A DNA stretch of 64,000 nucleotides from an uncultured Gammaproteobacteria bacterium (GCA_964459725.1 CAYWNT010000001.1:91529-155528); one strand, 5' to 3'; numbered from the stretch's first letter, positions 30,527 to 39,702 are shown. The notes: generated by a model not told the origin, from the sequence alone. A program made the numbers and translations.

Positions 30527-30733
30527 GTTTTAATGATCTTCTCTCCTTGCCTCATGTTTAATATACCAGAAGCATGTTAACATAGAATTAATTAAAAATT
30601 ATAATAAGATTAAATATTATTAAGCCTTGGCTTATAAGATGTTTTTACTAAAATTTTCTGTTATCATTGCAAATATTAGATAATTATATTATTATAATAA
30701 TTAATAATAAATTGTTTTATTTATAGTAAAAAT

Positions 30734-31435
30734 ATGTTTAAATTTAGAAATAAACCAAATTCAGTCTTTAATTTATTTAGCATTAGCAAGTCAGATAGAC
30801 ACGATTTATGTGAATACATTATTGATTCTTCAGCGCCGAAAAGCGATTTTTATTTTTTGGTAATTTTATCTACCTTGATAGTGTCTTTAGGCCTTGTTGC
30901 CAATAATGTTATTTTAGTTATTGGGGGGATGTTGGTAACCCCTTTACTTTCTCCTATTTTAGCTATCTCTCTCGGTCTAGTTATTACCAATTTGAAAGTT
31001 TTTATAAGAAGTTTTAGAATAGTGTTTGTTTCATTTTTTCTTTCAGTTTTAGTTTCTTTTATAACGGGTTATTTGGTTGAATTTAATATAAACAACATTG
31101 ATTTGATAAAAATAATGGAGCCGTCAATTTTTACCCTGGTGGTTGCTTTTATTGCCGGGCTGGCTGCTAGTTTTACCTGGGCCAAACCAGAGCTGAGCAA
31201 TACCTTGCCTGGTGTAGCCATTACCGTTACTTTGATTCCGCCGATTACAGCTATTGGTCTTTCAATCGCCGCACAAAACTTGGTAGTATTACAAAGTACT
31301 TTTTATGTCTTGCTTATCAATATCTTTGGAATAATTGCTGCTAGTATTTTGATATTGTTGGTTATGGGATTTTATAAAGAAGAGAAGAAGGTGTTAGCAG
31401 AAATTAAAGAAGAGGAAAAGGAGTTGAGTAATTAA
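30734..31435 (+). CDS. DUF389-family integral membrane protein
   Basis: Multi-TM protein containing VIGGMLVTPLLSPILAISLGLV, typical of DUF389/TIGR00341-type proteins (recalled). Confidence 0.6.
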   Translation: MFKFRNKPNSVFNLFSISKSDRHDLCEYIIDSSAPKSDFYFLVILSTLIVSLGLVANNVILVIGGMLVTPLLSPILAISLGLVITNLKVFIRSFRIVFVSFFLSVLVSFITGYLVEFNINNIDLIKIMEPSIFTLVVAFIAGLAASFTWAKPELSNTLPGVAITVTLIPPITAIGLSIAAQNLVVLQSTFYVLLINIFGIIAASILILLVMGFYKEEKKVLAEIKEEEKELSN

Positions 31436-31468
31436 AGTTAATTATTTAGATTTTAGAATTTTAATATT

Positions 31469-32689
31469 ATGTCAAAAGTAATTACAAATAAAGAACAAGT
31501 AAATGAATTGATTAGCAGGGGTGTCGAGGCTATTTATCCTAGCAGAGAGGACTTGGAAAAGAAGTTGCTTTCTGGTGAGAGAATTAGACTTTATTGCGGA
31601 TTTGATCCTTCAGCTGACTCTCTTCATATTGGAAATGCAATCATGATCAATAAGCTGGCTCAGTTTCAAGCCATGGGGCATGAAGTGATTTTCTTAATCG
31701 GAGATTTTACCGGCATGATTGGTGATCCTACAGATAAGTCTGCCACCAGAAAGAAGCTTACCAGAGAAGACGTGCTAAAGAATTGCAAGAACTACCAAAA
31801 ACAAGCTTCAGCTTACTTGGATTTTGATGGGGAGAATAAGGCCGAGGTAAAATACAATAGCAAATGGCAAGACAAGATGACATTTAAGGACTTGATTGAG
31901 GTGTCATCTCATTTTACAGTGCAGCAAATGATTCAAAGGGATATGTTTCAACAAAGACTTAAGAGTGAGAAACCAATTCATCTACATGAATTTTTATATC
32001 CACTAGCCCAAGGTTATGACAGCGTAGCCATGGATGTTGATTTGGAAATTGGGGGAAATGATCAAATGTTCAATATGATGGCAGGGCGTGATCTTATGAA
32101 ATCAATGGGAAAGAAGGAGAAGTTCGTTTTGACTATGAAGCTCCTGGCAGACGATAAAGGAAGCAAGATGGGTAAGAGCGAGGGGAATGCTGTATTTATG
32201 AACACAGATTCAAATAATATGTATGGTATTATCATGAGCTGGCCGGATGGCACAGTGCCTGTTGCTTTCGAGCTTTGTACTAGTGTTCCTATGAGCGAGC
32301 TCGAGGGAATTTACAAAGATATTAAAAATCCAGAATTAAATCCAAGAGATTTGAAAATGAAACTGGCTTACGAAATAACAAAGATAATTCATGGCGAGAA
32401 AAAGGCGAAAGAAGCAGAGGAACATTTTATAAAAACAGTACAAAAAAAAGAAATACCAACAGAAGTTGAAAGTCGAAAGCTAAAAGTCGAAAGCATGAAT
32501 ATTATTGATTTATTAGTTGAGACTGGGTTAACAACAAGTAAGAGTGAGGCGAGGAGGATGATAAAGCAAAATGCGGTAAAAATTGATGAGAAAGTGGTGA
32601 ATGATGAAAAGGCGGAGATTAAGATAACGGAAGAGGGGATTTTGCTGCAGAAGGGCAAACGAGGATTTGTAAAAGTAGTAAAAAAATAA
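31469..32689 (+). CDS. tyrS: Tyrosine--tRNA ligase
   Basis: Class I signatures GFDPSADSLHIGN (HIGH) and KMGKS (KMSKS), plus a C-terminal S4-like domain (SKSEARRMIKQNAVKIDEKVV). Length is 406 aa. Confidence 0.9.
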   Translation: MSKVITNKEQVNELISRGVEAIYPSREDLEKKLLSGERIRLYCGFDPSADSLHIGNAIMINKLAQFQAMGHEVIFLIGDFTGMIGDPTDKSATRKKLTREDVLKNCKNYQKQASAYLDFDGENKAEVKYNSKWQDKMTFKDLIEVSSHFTVQQMIQRDMFQQRLKSEKPIHLHEFLYPLAQGYDSVAMDVDLEIGGNDQMFNMMAGRDLMKSMGKKEKFVLTMKLLADDKGSKMGKSEGNAVFMNTDSNNMYGIIMSWPDGTVPVAFELCTSVPMSELEGIYKDIKNPELNPRDLKMKLAYEITKIIHGEKKAKEAEEHFIKTVQKKEIPTEVESRKLKVESMNIIDLLVETGLTTSKSEARRMIKQNAVKIDEKVVNDEKAEIKITEEGILLQKGKRGFVKVVKK

Positions 32690-33109
32690 ATGGGAATTCC
32701 AACAAGAGCTGTTAAGGCGATAATTAAAAATGAAAAAGAGGAGGTTCTTATGATGAAAAGCCCAAATGGTGTATGGGACTTGCCAGGAGGGTTGATTGAC
32801 GACGGAGAATCAGAGGAAGAAGCAATGATTAGAGAGATCGGGGAGGAAACTGGTTTGGAGGCAGAAATTATAAGTAGGTCTGGAAAGTGGAGGCTCTTAA
32901 GAGAGAAAGATAATAACTGGGTGGATATGCAGAACTTTTTATGCAGGATTGTTGGCGGAGAGTACAAAGAAAGTGATGAGCATGAAGTTGGCGAATGGAA
33001 AACCTATGAAGAAATAAAGGGATTAAAGATAAAACATGAAAGTTTTCTTAGGGCACTTGAAGAGGAGATTGGCCCGAAGTGGGATGAGTTGAAGAATATG
33101 TCACGTTAA
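32690..33109 (+). CDS. NUDIX hydrolase
   Basis: Nudix box GGLIDDGESEEEAMIREIGEETGLE. The start codon abuts the tyrS stop codon. Confidence 0.85.
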   Translation: MGIPTRAVKAIIKNEKEEVLMMKSPNGVWDLPGGLIDDGESEEEAMIREIGEETGLEAEIISRSGKWRLLREKDNNWVDMQNFLCRIVGGEYKESDEHEVGEWKTYEEIKGLKIKHESFLRALEEEIGPKWDELKNMSR

Positions 33110-33131
33110 ATAATTTAATTCTATATTAAAA

Positions 33132-33154
33132 GTCGCCTTTCGGGGCGATTTTTT
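33132..33154 (+). terminator. Rho-independent terminator after the NUDIX gene
   Basis: gtcgcctttcggggcga hairpin followed by tttttt. Confidence 0.65.
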
Positions 33155-33193
33155 AAATTTAAGACTGAGACGCAAGCCAATGAAAAAATAATT

Positions 33194-33229
33194 ATCTACG
33201 TAGATGTCTACGTAGACATCTACGTAGAC
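33194..33229. promoter_or_regulatory. Three abutting 12-bp palindromes (NTCTACGTAGAN x3); candidate operator array upstream of argS
   Basis: atctacgtagat / gtctacgtagac / atctacgtagac. Each contains the perfect palindrome tctacgtaga. The array lies ~30 nt upstream of a candidate promoter (TTGAAA 33260-33265, TAGAAT 33282-33287). Confidence 0.5.
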
Positions 33230-33316
33230 AGATACTAATAAAATGTATAAATTTACTCCTTGAAAAATATGAAAAGTATGTTAGAATTAGGAAACAATAG
33301 TAAAAAAGTTGAATAA

Positions 33317-35029
33317 ATGTATTTTTTAGACAAAGTAAAATTGGAAATAACAGAGAAAATTAATAAGGCACTTGGAAGTGATTTGGTTCAAGTGACTGAT
33401 TTGTCATATCCGCAATTGGGCGAGCATGGCGATATTAGCTTTGCTTGTTTTATTTTATCCAAGGAGTTGAGCAAGTCTCCGGCTGACATAGCTAGTGAGT
33501 TGGTAGGCAAGATTGGAGCCGATGGATGTATCTCTGGTGTAAATGCGCTAGGGCCTTATTTGAATTTTACTTTAGAAAAAGAATATTTAGCAAAAGAAGC
33601 TTTGAGTGAGGTTGAGACACAAAAAGATAATTACGGAAGAAATAAGGATCTCAAGGGCAAGAGAATTATGATAGAGTTTGCTCATCCCAATCCTTTTAAG
33701 TCATTTCACATCGGTCACCTCAGGAATATTATCTTGGGCGAGTCAATTGTTAGATTACTGGAAGCGCAAGGAGCAGAAGTTATTAGAACAAATTATCAGG
33801 GGGATGTAGGAATGCATATTGCTAAATGTCTTTGGTCCTTCAAGGACGTGAAGGTTGAGGACTATCCAGAAAATGCAGATGAGAAAGTAGCCTTGCTTGG
33901 CAAGTGCTATGCAGAGGGGGCCAAGGCTTTTGAAGAGAACGATGTTGCGCAGCAGATGACTAAGCTCATTAATGAAAAAATTTATAAAAAAGACGACGAA
34001 GAGGTAGATAGATTGTGGGAGACAGGTAAGAAATGGAGCTTGGAAAAATTTCATGAGATTTATGATCGTGTTTATTCTCATTTTGATAGGGAATATATGG
34101 AATCAGAAGTTATGGAAGACGGAGTAAAGAGGGTTAATGATGCGTTGGATAAAGGAATTTTGGAAAAAAGCGAGGGAGCAATAATTTTTAATGGTAGTAA
34201 ACACAAGTTAGATACCAGAGTTTTTATGAATTCTCAAGGTTTGCCAACATATGAGGGCAAAGAGATTGGCTTAGCGTTTAGAGAGTTTAGCGATTTTGGT
34301 GACATAGACTTATGTATCCACGTGGTCGCTGTTGAGCAAATTAGCTTTTTCAAAGTCACATTCAAAGTCGAAGAATTATTGGACGAAAAGTTATTCAAAG
34401 GCAAGCAATATCATCATGCTTATGAATTTGTGGGTCTTAAAAAGGGAAAAATGTCATCAAGGAAGGGTGATGTTGTCTTGGGGAATGATATTTTGAATGA
34501 GGCAGTGGATAGAATCAAGGATTTAGTAACAGAGAAAGGAGCTACTACAGACGTAGGGAAAGTTTCAGAAATTGTAGGCGTGGGTGCTATTAAATATTCG
34601 TTTTTGAAAATTAGCCCATTCAAATATTTAGCTTTTGACATGGAGGAGAGCATAAGTTTTGAGGGTGATTCAGGACCTTATATTCAGTATACTAATGTGC
34701 GTATAAATAGCATCTTAGAAAAAGCAGGAAGAATTAACAAAGATACTGATTTGAGTTTAATAAAAGAGGAAAAAGAGTCTAAGTTGGTAATGCACTTGGC
34801 AAAATATCCTGAAATTGTTAAAAAGTCAGCAAAAGAGTATAACTCTTCTGAAATGACAAAATATCTATTCGAATTAGCGCAGTTTTTTAACGATTATTAT
34901 CATAGCGTGCAGATACTTAAGTCAGAGAAAAAAACACGTGATGCCCGATTAGCTTTGTGCGTCTCAGTTTCACAGGTAATAAAAAACGGGCTCGACCTCC
35001 TAGGTATAAAAGTCGTAGATAAAATGTAA
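33317..35029 (+). CDS. argS: Arginine--tRNA ligase
   Basis: HPNPFKSFHIGHLRN (HIGH region), 570 aa, and a C-terminal DALR-type anticodon-binding region (YLFELAQFFNDYYH). Confidence 0.9.
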   Translation: MYFLDKVKLEITEKINKALGSDLVQVTDLSYPQLGEHGDISFACFILSKELSKSPADIASELVGKIGADGCISGVNALGPYLNFTLEKEYLAKEALSEVETQKDNYGRNKDLKGKRIMIEFAHPNPFKSFHIGHLRNIILGESIVRLLEAQGAEVIRTNYQGDVGMHIAKCLWSFKDVKVEDYPENADEKVALLGKCYAEGAKAFEENDVAQQMTKLINEKIYKKDDEEVDRLWETGKKWSLEKFHEIYDRVYSHFDREYMESEVMEDGVKRVNDALDKGILEKSEGAIIFNGSKHKLDTRVFMNSQGLPTYEGKEIGLAFREFSDFGDIDLCIHVVAVEQISFFKVTFKVEELLDEKLFKGKQYHHAYEFVGLKKGKMSSRKGDVVLGNDILNEAVDRIKDLVTEKGATTDVGKVSEIVGVGAIKYSFLKISPFKYLAFDMEESISFEGDSGPYIQYTNVRINSILEKAGRINKDTDLSLIKEEKESKLVMHLAKYPEIVKKSAKEYNSSEMTKYLFELAQFFNDYYHSVQILKSEKKTRDARLALCVSVSQVIKNGLDLLGIKVVDKM

Positions 35030-35084
35030 TTTTTTTAATAATTAAATTCCTGCCCGTCCTTTGGCGGGATTAAATTTAAAATCT

Positions 35085-35771
35085 ATGAATAAAAAAACAA
35101 CCATTATAGCTGTAGCAGTTATTGTAATTATTGGTGGCTTATTTTTAGTCTTCAATAAAAGGGATGGAAATCGAAATGTCGGATTAAATATGGCAAGTGA
35201 CACTGATCAGAGTATTCTTTCTTGGTTAAACAAGGGAAAGGCAGTTGAGTGTGAGTTTGGCTCAGAAGAGGGTAATGTCAGAATCAGAACCAAGGATGGA
35301 AAAGTTAGAATCGATGGTATTCCCTATGCATTTGGCGGAGAAAAAGCCACCCCAGGATCTTCTATAACTAATGGAGATTGGATGTATATGTGGAGTGGGA
35401 AAAAGGGTGCAAAAATGAACATAAAAGAAATGGAAGAAATAGGTAGAAAGTTTGACACAGAGGAAGAATCAGATTATAGTGAAGAAAATCCTTCATGGGA
35501 AGAATATGTTAAGGGCTGGGATGAAAAGGAAGTAGATTATGATTGTCATGAAACAAGATTTTCTGATGAAGTAATGGTCCCACCTACTGATGTAGAGTTT
35601 ACCGATCTTAATCAAGCAATGAAGGGACTGGAAGCTATGAGTGAGAACCTTTTAAAGATGCAAGAGGGTGGAGAGAGTATGAATTTTGAGGATATTAATG
35701 AAAAATTGGAAGAAGGAGGATTTGGTGACTTAATGAAGGGCATGACACCACCGGAGACAATACCTGAATAA
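35085..35771 (+). CDS. Hypothetical membrane-anchored protein
   Basis: The track ORF starts at TTG 35061. I prefer ATG 35085 (MNKKTTIIAVAVIVIIGGLFLV), which gives an N-terminal TM anchor. I recognise no family. Confidence 0.6.
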   Translation: MNKKTTIIAVAVIVIIGGLFLVFNKRDGNRNVGLNMASDTDQSILSWLNKGKAVECEFGSEEGNVRIRTKDGKVRIDGIPYAFGGEKATPGSSITNGDWMYMWSGKKGAKMNIKEMEEIGRKFDTEEESDYSEENPSWEEYVKGWDEKEVDYDCHETRFSDEVMVPPTDVEFTDLNQAMKGLEAMSENLLKMQEGGESMNFEDINEKLEEGGFGDLMKGMTPPETIPE

Positions 35772-35809
35772 AATCAATATAAAATTATTAGGTTCATTTG
35801 AAATAAAGG

Positions 35810-35837
35810 CTAAGCAGAGATATTGCTTAGTCTTTTT
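35810..35837 (+). terminator. Rho-independent terminator
   Basis: ctaagca (35810-35816) pairs with tgcttag (35824-35830), followed by tcttttt. Confidence 0.6.
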
Positions 35838-35839
35838 AT

Positions 35840-35867
35840 TTGACTATTTTTATTATCAATGTATAAT
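35840..35867 (+). promoter_or_regulatory. Sigma70-type promoter of the glyQS leader
   Basis: TTGACT at 35840-35845, a 16-nt spacer, and TATAAT at 35862-35867 with TG immediately upstream. Confidence 0.6.
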
Positions 35868-35874
35868 TATATTC

Positions 35875-36019
35875 ATAAGGGAGATTGGCACCCCTTTAGA
35901 AAATAGAATATATTGAGGTGCCCCGACGCAAGGTCGGGGAAACTAGATGGAACCGCGGGAAAAAAATCTCGTTCTAGTAATTTAGGAACATTTTTTAAAT
36001 TGCTTGAACGAGTTTTTTT
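35875..36019 (+). promoter_or_regulatory. T-box riboswitch leader (glycine-specific by context) with terminator/antiterminator
   Basis: Stem III pairs ccccgac with gtcgggg (35921-35939). The antiterminator has actaga (35942-47) paired with tctagt (35973-78), a 7-nt bulge UGGAACC (35948-54), and cggga paired with tctcg. The competing terminator pairs ctcgttc (35968-74) with gaacgag (36006-12) and has T7 at 36013-19. A GGC-A sits in the loop of a small hairpin (aaggg/ccctt, 35877-35896). glyQS lies downstream. Confidence 0.75.
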
Positions 36020-36037
36020 ATTTCAAATGTTTAATTC

Positions 36038-36060
36038 ATAATAATAATAATAATAATAAT
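36038..36060. repeat. (ATA)n microsatellite, ~7.7 units
   Basis: ataataataataataataataat lies between the T-box terminator and the glyQS start. Confidence 0.9.
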
Positions 36061-36076
36061 TTAGGTAATCAAAAAT

Positions 36077-37468
36077 ATGAAAAAAGAAAAAGATAATTTA
36101 ATGGAAAAAGTAGTCTCTCTTTGTAAGAGAAGAGGTTTTGTGTTTCCTTCTTCAGAGATTTATGAGGGATACGCTGCAGTTTACGATTATGGTCCTTATG
36201 GAGCTGAACTGGCAAACAATATAAAAGATTATTGGTGGAAGTCCATGGTTCATAAAAATGAAAATATCGTAGGCCTAGACTCCAGTATTTTTATGCATCC
36301 TAAGGTTTGGGAAGCCTCAGGTCATGTTGGAGGATTTTCTGATCCACTTTCAGAGTGTAAGAACTGTCACACTAGAAGCAGGGTTGACCACCTCTTGGAA
36401 GATATTGGTGTTTTTGCAGATGAGAAAATGACAGAAGACGAAATAAACAAGCTACTGACAGAGAATATGGAAAAGGTTAAGTGTCCAAAGTGTGGTCAAA
36501 GTGATTTTTCTTCAGCAAAGAGTTTTAACCTTTTAGTTAAGTCAAACCTTGGAAACTTTACCGGTGACTGGGAGAAGGACCCAACCTATCTTAGAGGAGA
36601 AACTTGTCAGGGAATATATATCAATTTCAAAAATGTTTTAGACTCAACCAGAATGAAAGTGCCTTTTGGTATCGCTCAGATTGGTAAAGCTTTTAGAAAT
36701 GAAATTACAGCAAGACAATTCATTTTCCGCAAAAGAGAGTTTGAACAAATGGAAATGCAGATGTTTGTCCACCCTGACAAGGAAATGGAAACCTATGAAG
36801 AATGGAGAGAAAAGAGATGGCAGTATTATTTAGATCTGGGATTAAAAGAAGAGAATCTAAGATGGCACGAACATGAGAATCTGGTTTTTTATGCCAAGGC
36901 AGCTTGGGATATTGAATATAATTTCCCTTTTGGATTTAAGGAGCTAGAGGGAGTTCATGCGAGAGGTGATTATGATCTCACTCAACATACAAAGTTTTCA
37001 GGAAAAGATTTAACCTATCGTGATCCCAAGACAAACGAAAAATTCACACCTCATGTGGTAGAAACATCTGTTGGAGTAGATAGGACATTTCTAGCGGTAA
37101 TTACTGACGCCTACACCGAAGAAAAACTAGAAGATGGGACCGAGAGACTAGTTATGAAATTTCCAAAAAACATCGCCCCGGTAAAAATCGCAGTTTTCCC
37201 ACTTCTCAAAAATAAACCTCAGCTAGTGGAAAAAGCAAAAGAAATCTTTGATTCACTTAAGGGTGATTTTATGTGCGAGTTTGATGACAACGGGAATGTT
37301 GGCAAGCGCTACAGAAGACAAGACGAGATTGGTACACCGTATTGCGTGACTATTGATTTCGACACAGTAGAGAAGGATGATACAGTGACGGTTAGAGACA
37401 GGGATACTATGGAGCAGGTTAGAGTGAAGGTAGAAGAGTTGGGCGCCTACTTTAAAGAAAAATTTTAA
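36077..37468 (+). CDS. glyQS: Glycine--tRNA ligase, dimeric (alpha2) type
   Basis: MEKVVSLCKRRGFVFPSSEIYEGYAAVYDYGPYGAELANNIKDYWWK is the typical GlyQS N-terminus. Length is 463 aa, with class II motifs (FRNEITARQFIFRKREFEQME). Confidence 0.9.
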   Translation: MKKEKDNLMEKVVSLCKRRGFVFPSSEIYEGYAAVYDYGPYGAELANNIKDYWWKSMVHKNENIVGLDSSIFMHPKVWEASGHVGGFSDPLSECKNCHTRSRVDHLLEDIGVFADEKMTEDEINKLLTENMEKVKCPKCGQSDFSSAKSFNLLVKSNLGNFTGDWEKDPTYLRGETCQGIYINFKNVLDSTRMKVPFGIAQIGKAFRNEITARQFIFRKREFEQMEMQMFVHPDKEMETYEEWREKRWQYYLDLGLKEENLRWHEHENLVFYAKAAWDIEYNFPFGFKELEGVHARGDYDLTQHTKFSGKDLTYRDPKTNEKFTPHVVETSVGVDRTFLAVITDAYTEEKLEDGTERLVMKFPKNIAPVKIAVFPLLKNKPQLVEKAKEIFDSLKGDFMCEFDDNGNVGKRYRRQDEIGTPYCVTIDFDTVEKDDTVTVRDRDTMEQVRVKVEELGAYFKEKF

Positions 37469-37475
37469 TACTTAA

Positions 37476-38330
37476 ATGAAAAATAATTTATTTAAAATAT
37501 TAATTATTTTCGGAATAATATTGATGACCTCAATATTATTTTTTTTATTTTTAAAACCTAATGAGCAAAGTAGATTGGAGGTCAGCTTTTTAGATGTGGG
37601 GCAGGGGGATAGCACCCTGATCCGAACTCCATTCGGTCAAAATATTTTGATTGACGGCGGGCCGGATGATTCTGTGGTCTATGGATTATCGCAGGAGCTT
37701 CCGTGGTGGGACAGGACTATTGATCTTGTTATCCTGACTCATCCTCATGATGATCATGTGTTTGGGCTTATTGATGTTTTGGAGAGATACAGAGTGAAAA
37801 AGGTGCTCTATACTGGCGCTTTGCACTCTTCGCCTGGCTACATTGCTTGGCTAGAGTTAATTAGAGATAAGAAAATTCCCCTAGCTATAATTAGGGGGCA
37901 GCAGAGGATAAACTTGGGAGATGGTTGCTATCTGGATATTTTGTATCCTAACGAGGACTTTGTTAATAAGGAGGTGGAGGAATTAAATAATACTTCGATT
38001 GTGACCAAGCTTGTCTATGGAGAAACAAGCTTTTTATTTACAGGAGACGCTGAGGCAGAGTTGGAAAATAAGTTATTAGAATTAGGCATAGATATTTCTG
38101 CTAATGTTTTGAAAGTAGCTCACCACGGATCAGACACTTCCAGTAGGGCAGATTTTCTTGTTGCAGTAGATTCAGATATAGCCGTTATATCTGTCAGTAG
38201 TGATAATGATTTTGGCCATCCGAGCGGCAGGGCGTTAAAAAGACTAGAGAGGAGTGGCGCAAAAGTTTATAGGACTGACAAAGATGGGTTGATAAAATTT
38301 AAAAGTAACGGGATGAGAATATATAAATAA
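37476..38330 (+). CDS. MBL-fold metallo-hydrolase, ComEC C-terminal-domain-like, membrane anchored
   Basis: VSFLDVGQGDSTLIRTP...ILIDGG, THPHDDH and VAHHGSDTSS motifs, plus an N-terminal TM segment. Confidence 0.75.
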   Translation: MKNNLFKILIIFGIILMTSILFFLFLKPNEQSRLEVSFLDVGQGDSTLIRTPFGQNILIDGGPDDSVVYGLSQELPWWDRTIDLVILTHPHDDHVFGLIDVLERYRVKKVLYTGALHSSPGYIAWLELIRDKKIPLAIIRGQQRINLGDGCYLDILYPNEDFVNKEVEELNNTSIVTKLVYGETSFLFTGDAEAELENKLLELGIDISANVLKVAHHGSDTSSRADFLVAVDSDIAVISVSSDNDFGHPSGRALKRLERSGAKVYRTDKDGLIKFKSNGMRIYK

Positions 38331-38334
38331 ACTA

Positions 38335-38362
38335 TTGATTTTTGTGTAAATAGTGTTATAAT
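38335..38362 (+). promoter_or_regulatory. Sigma70-type promoter with extended -10
   Basis: TTGATT at 38335-38340, a 16-nt spacer, then TGtTATAAT at 38354-38362. It lies 34 nt upstream of the receiver gene. Confidence 0.5.
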
Positions 38363-38395
38363 ATTATTTAGTTAAGACTAAAAAGTTTAAAAGTT

Positions 38396-38758
38396 ATGTC
38401 AAAAATACTTATAATAGAAGATGATGAAATGATCAGAAATATGTACCAGATCAAGCTTACACAGGAAGGTTATGAGGTGGCAATTGCCAAAGACGGTATA
38501 GAGGCAGTTAAAATAGCGAAAGAAGAGAATGCTGATTTGATCTTGTTGGATATTATTATGCCTGGAATGGATGGTTTTTCAGTTTTGGAGGAACTCCGAA
38601 TAAATCAAGGCATAACAGCACCAATTATAATGCTTACAAACCTAGGAACAGACGAAGATAAGGAAAAGGGTAAGGATCTGGGAGCTGATGGGTATTTGGT
38701 TAAGTCTAGCTTGACCCCTTCTCAGATTAGTGCTGAAATTAAAAACTATATAAAATAA
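38396..38758 (+). CDS. Stand-alone response-regulator receiver (CheY-like) protein
   Basis: ILIIEDDEMIRNMY...DLILLDIIMPGMDGFSVLEEL...GADGYLVKS. Length is 120 aa with no output domain. Confidence 0.85.
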   Translation: MSKILIIEDDEMIRNMYQIKLTQEGYEVAIAKDGIEAVKIAKEENADLILLDIIMPGMDGFSVLEELRINQGITAPIIMLTNLGTDEDKEKGKDLGADGYLVKSSLTPSQISAEIKNYIK

Positions 38759-38803
38759 TAAATAATTATTGGTCTGTAAATACATTTATTTATAGATAGG
38801 AAT

Positions 38804-38836
38804 ACAAATTTTGCAGATTGCGAATTTGTTTTTTTT
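38804..38836 (+). terminator. AT-rich rho-independent terminator
   Basis: acaaatt (38804-10) pairs with aatttgt (38823-29), followed by T8. Confidence 0.5.
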
Positions 38837-38901
38837 ATAAAATAAGGAGATTGTTTGAAATTGTAACAGAATTAATTTTATCAATTTCTAAATAAAGAAA
38901 T

Positions 38902-39504
38902 ATGAAACATCCAAAAAAAGAAAGATCATTTGTGATTATTAAGCCAGATGGCGTCCAAAGATCACTGGTAGGTGATATCATCTCTAGATTTGAAAGAGCC
39001 GGTCTAAAGATCGCAGCTATGAAATTTTTTGTTCCAGCCGAAGATCAGTGCTGGGATCATTATAATAAGAATGATGCTTGGTTTACGGAAAAAGGAGAAA
39101 ATATAGTAAAAGAAAGAGAAGCAGCCGGCATGTCAGTGGATAAAGAAGCTATTGAGTATGGAAAAGATATAATAGGACAATTAGCCTCTTTTATGACTTC
39201 CGGGCCTGTTGTGGGAATGATTTTGGAAGGAAATCAGTCTGTTGGAGTGGTCAAGAAGATTGTAGGAGGAACAGAGCCTCTAACTTCTGATGTGGGTACT
39301 ATTAGAGGGGATCTAACACTTGACTCTTATGCTTTGGCTGGAGTTGACGAGAGAGCGGTCAGAAACCTGATTCATTGCAGTGACAAACCGGAAGAAGCAG
39401 AAAGAGAAATAGAGATTTGGTTTGATAAAAAAGAGATTATTGATTATAGACAAGTTCAGGAGCAAATACTTTATGATGTGAATTTGGATGGAATTTTAGA
39501 ATAA
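38902..39504 (+). CDS. ndk: Nucleoside-diphosphate kinase with a ~40-aa internal insertion
   Basis: ERSFVIIKPDGVQRSLVGDIISRFERAGLKIAAMK, SGPVVGMILEG, GTIRGD and NLIHCSD (catalytic His context). The 200-aa length exceeds the usual ~140-150 aa. Confidence 0.85.
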   Translation: MKHPKKERSFVIIKPDGVQRSLVGDIISRFERAGLKIAAMKFFVPAEDQCWDHYNKNDAWFTEKGENIVKEREAAGMSVDKEAIEYGKDIIGQLASFMTSGPVVGMILEGNQSVGVVKKIVGGTEPLTSDVGTIRGDLTLDSYALAGVDERAVRNLIHCSDKPEEAEREIEIWFDKKEIIDYRQVQEQILYDVNLDGILE

Positions 39505-39529
39505 TATTTGTGGATAAATACTAAAAAAA

Positions 39530-39560
39530 CTGCTGGAAGCAAAATTTCCAGCAGTTTTTT
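39530..39560. terminator. Strong terminator after ndk
   Basis: An A7 run precedes ctgctggaa (39530-38) paired with ttccagcag (39546-54). T6 follows. Confidence 0.8.
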
Positions 39561-39621
39561 GTTTATTTTTAGCATTTTTTTTATGTATTGACTTATTGTA
39601 TGAACGTGTTAAAAATAAGAT

Positions 39622-39702
39622 ATGGAAAGAATCATTCAAACAATTTTAACAACAATTAAGTCTGTCCTGCTGGCAGGCGTTATTGTGTTGAAAAAAGTTT
39701 GA
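39622..39702 (+). CDS. Leaderless 26-aa hydrophobic micro-ORF (candidate leader peptide L1): MERIIQTILTTIKSVLLAGVIVLKKV
   Basis: The ATG lies 6 nt after a candidate -10 (aaaaat 39611-16). The -35 is TTGACT at 39588-93 with a 17-nt spacer. The stop codon lies inside the first arm of the downstream alternative hairpins. The ORF is below the 60-aa cutoff of the track. Confidence 0.4.
   Translation: MERIIQTILTTIKSVLLAGVIVLKKV

Noticed and set aside
32389-32967. 192-aa minus-strand ORF overlapping the tyrS 3' end and the NUDIX gene
   Set aside because: The S/F/I-rich low-complexity translation lies opposite two confidently identified genes.
36038-36060. (ATA)n tract as a phase-variation switch for glyQS
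   Set aside because: It lies in the untranslated leader after the terminator and before the RBS. I have no evidence of length polymorphism, so I recorded it only as a simple repeat.
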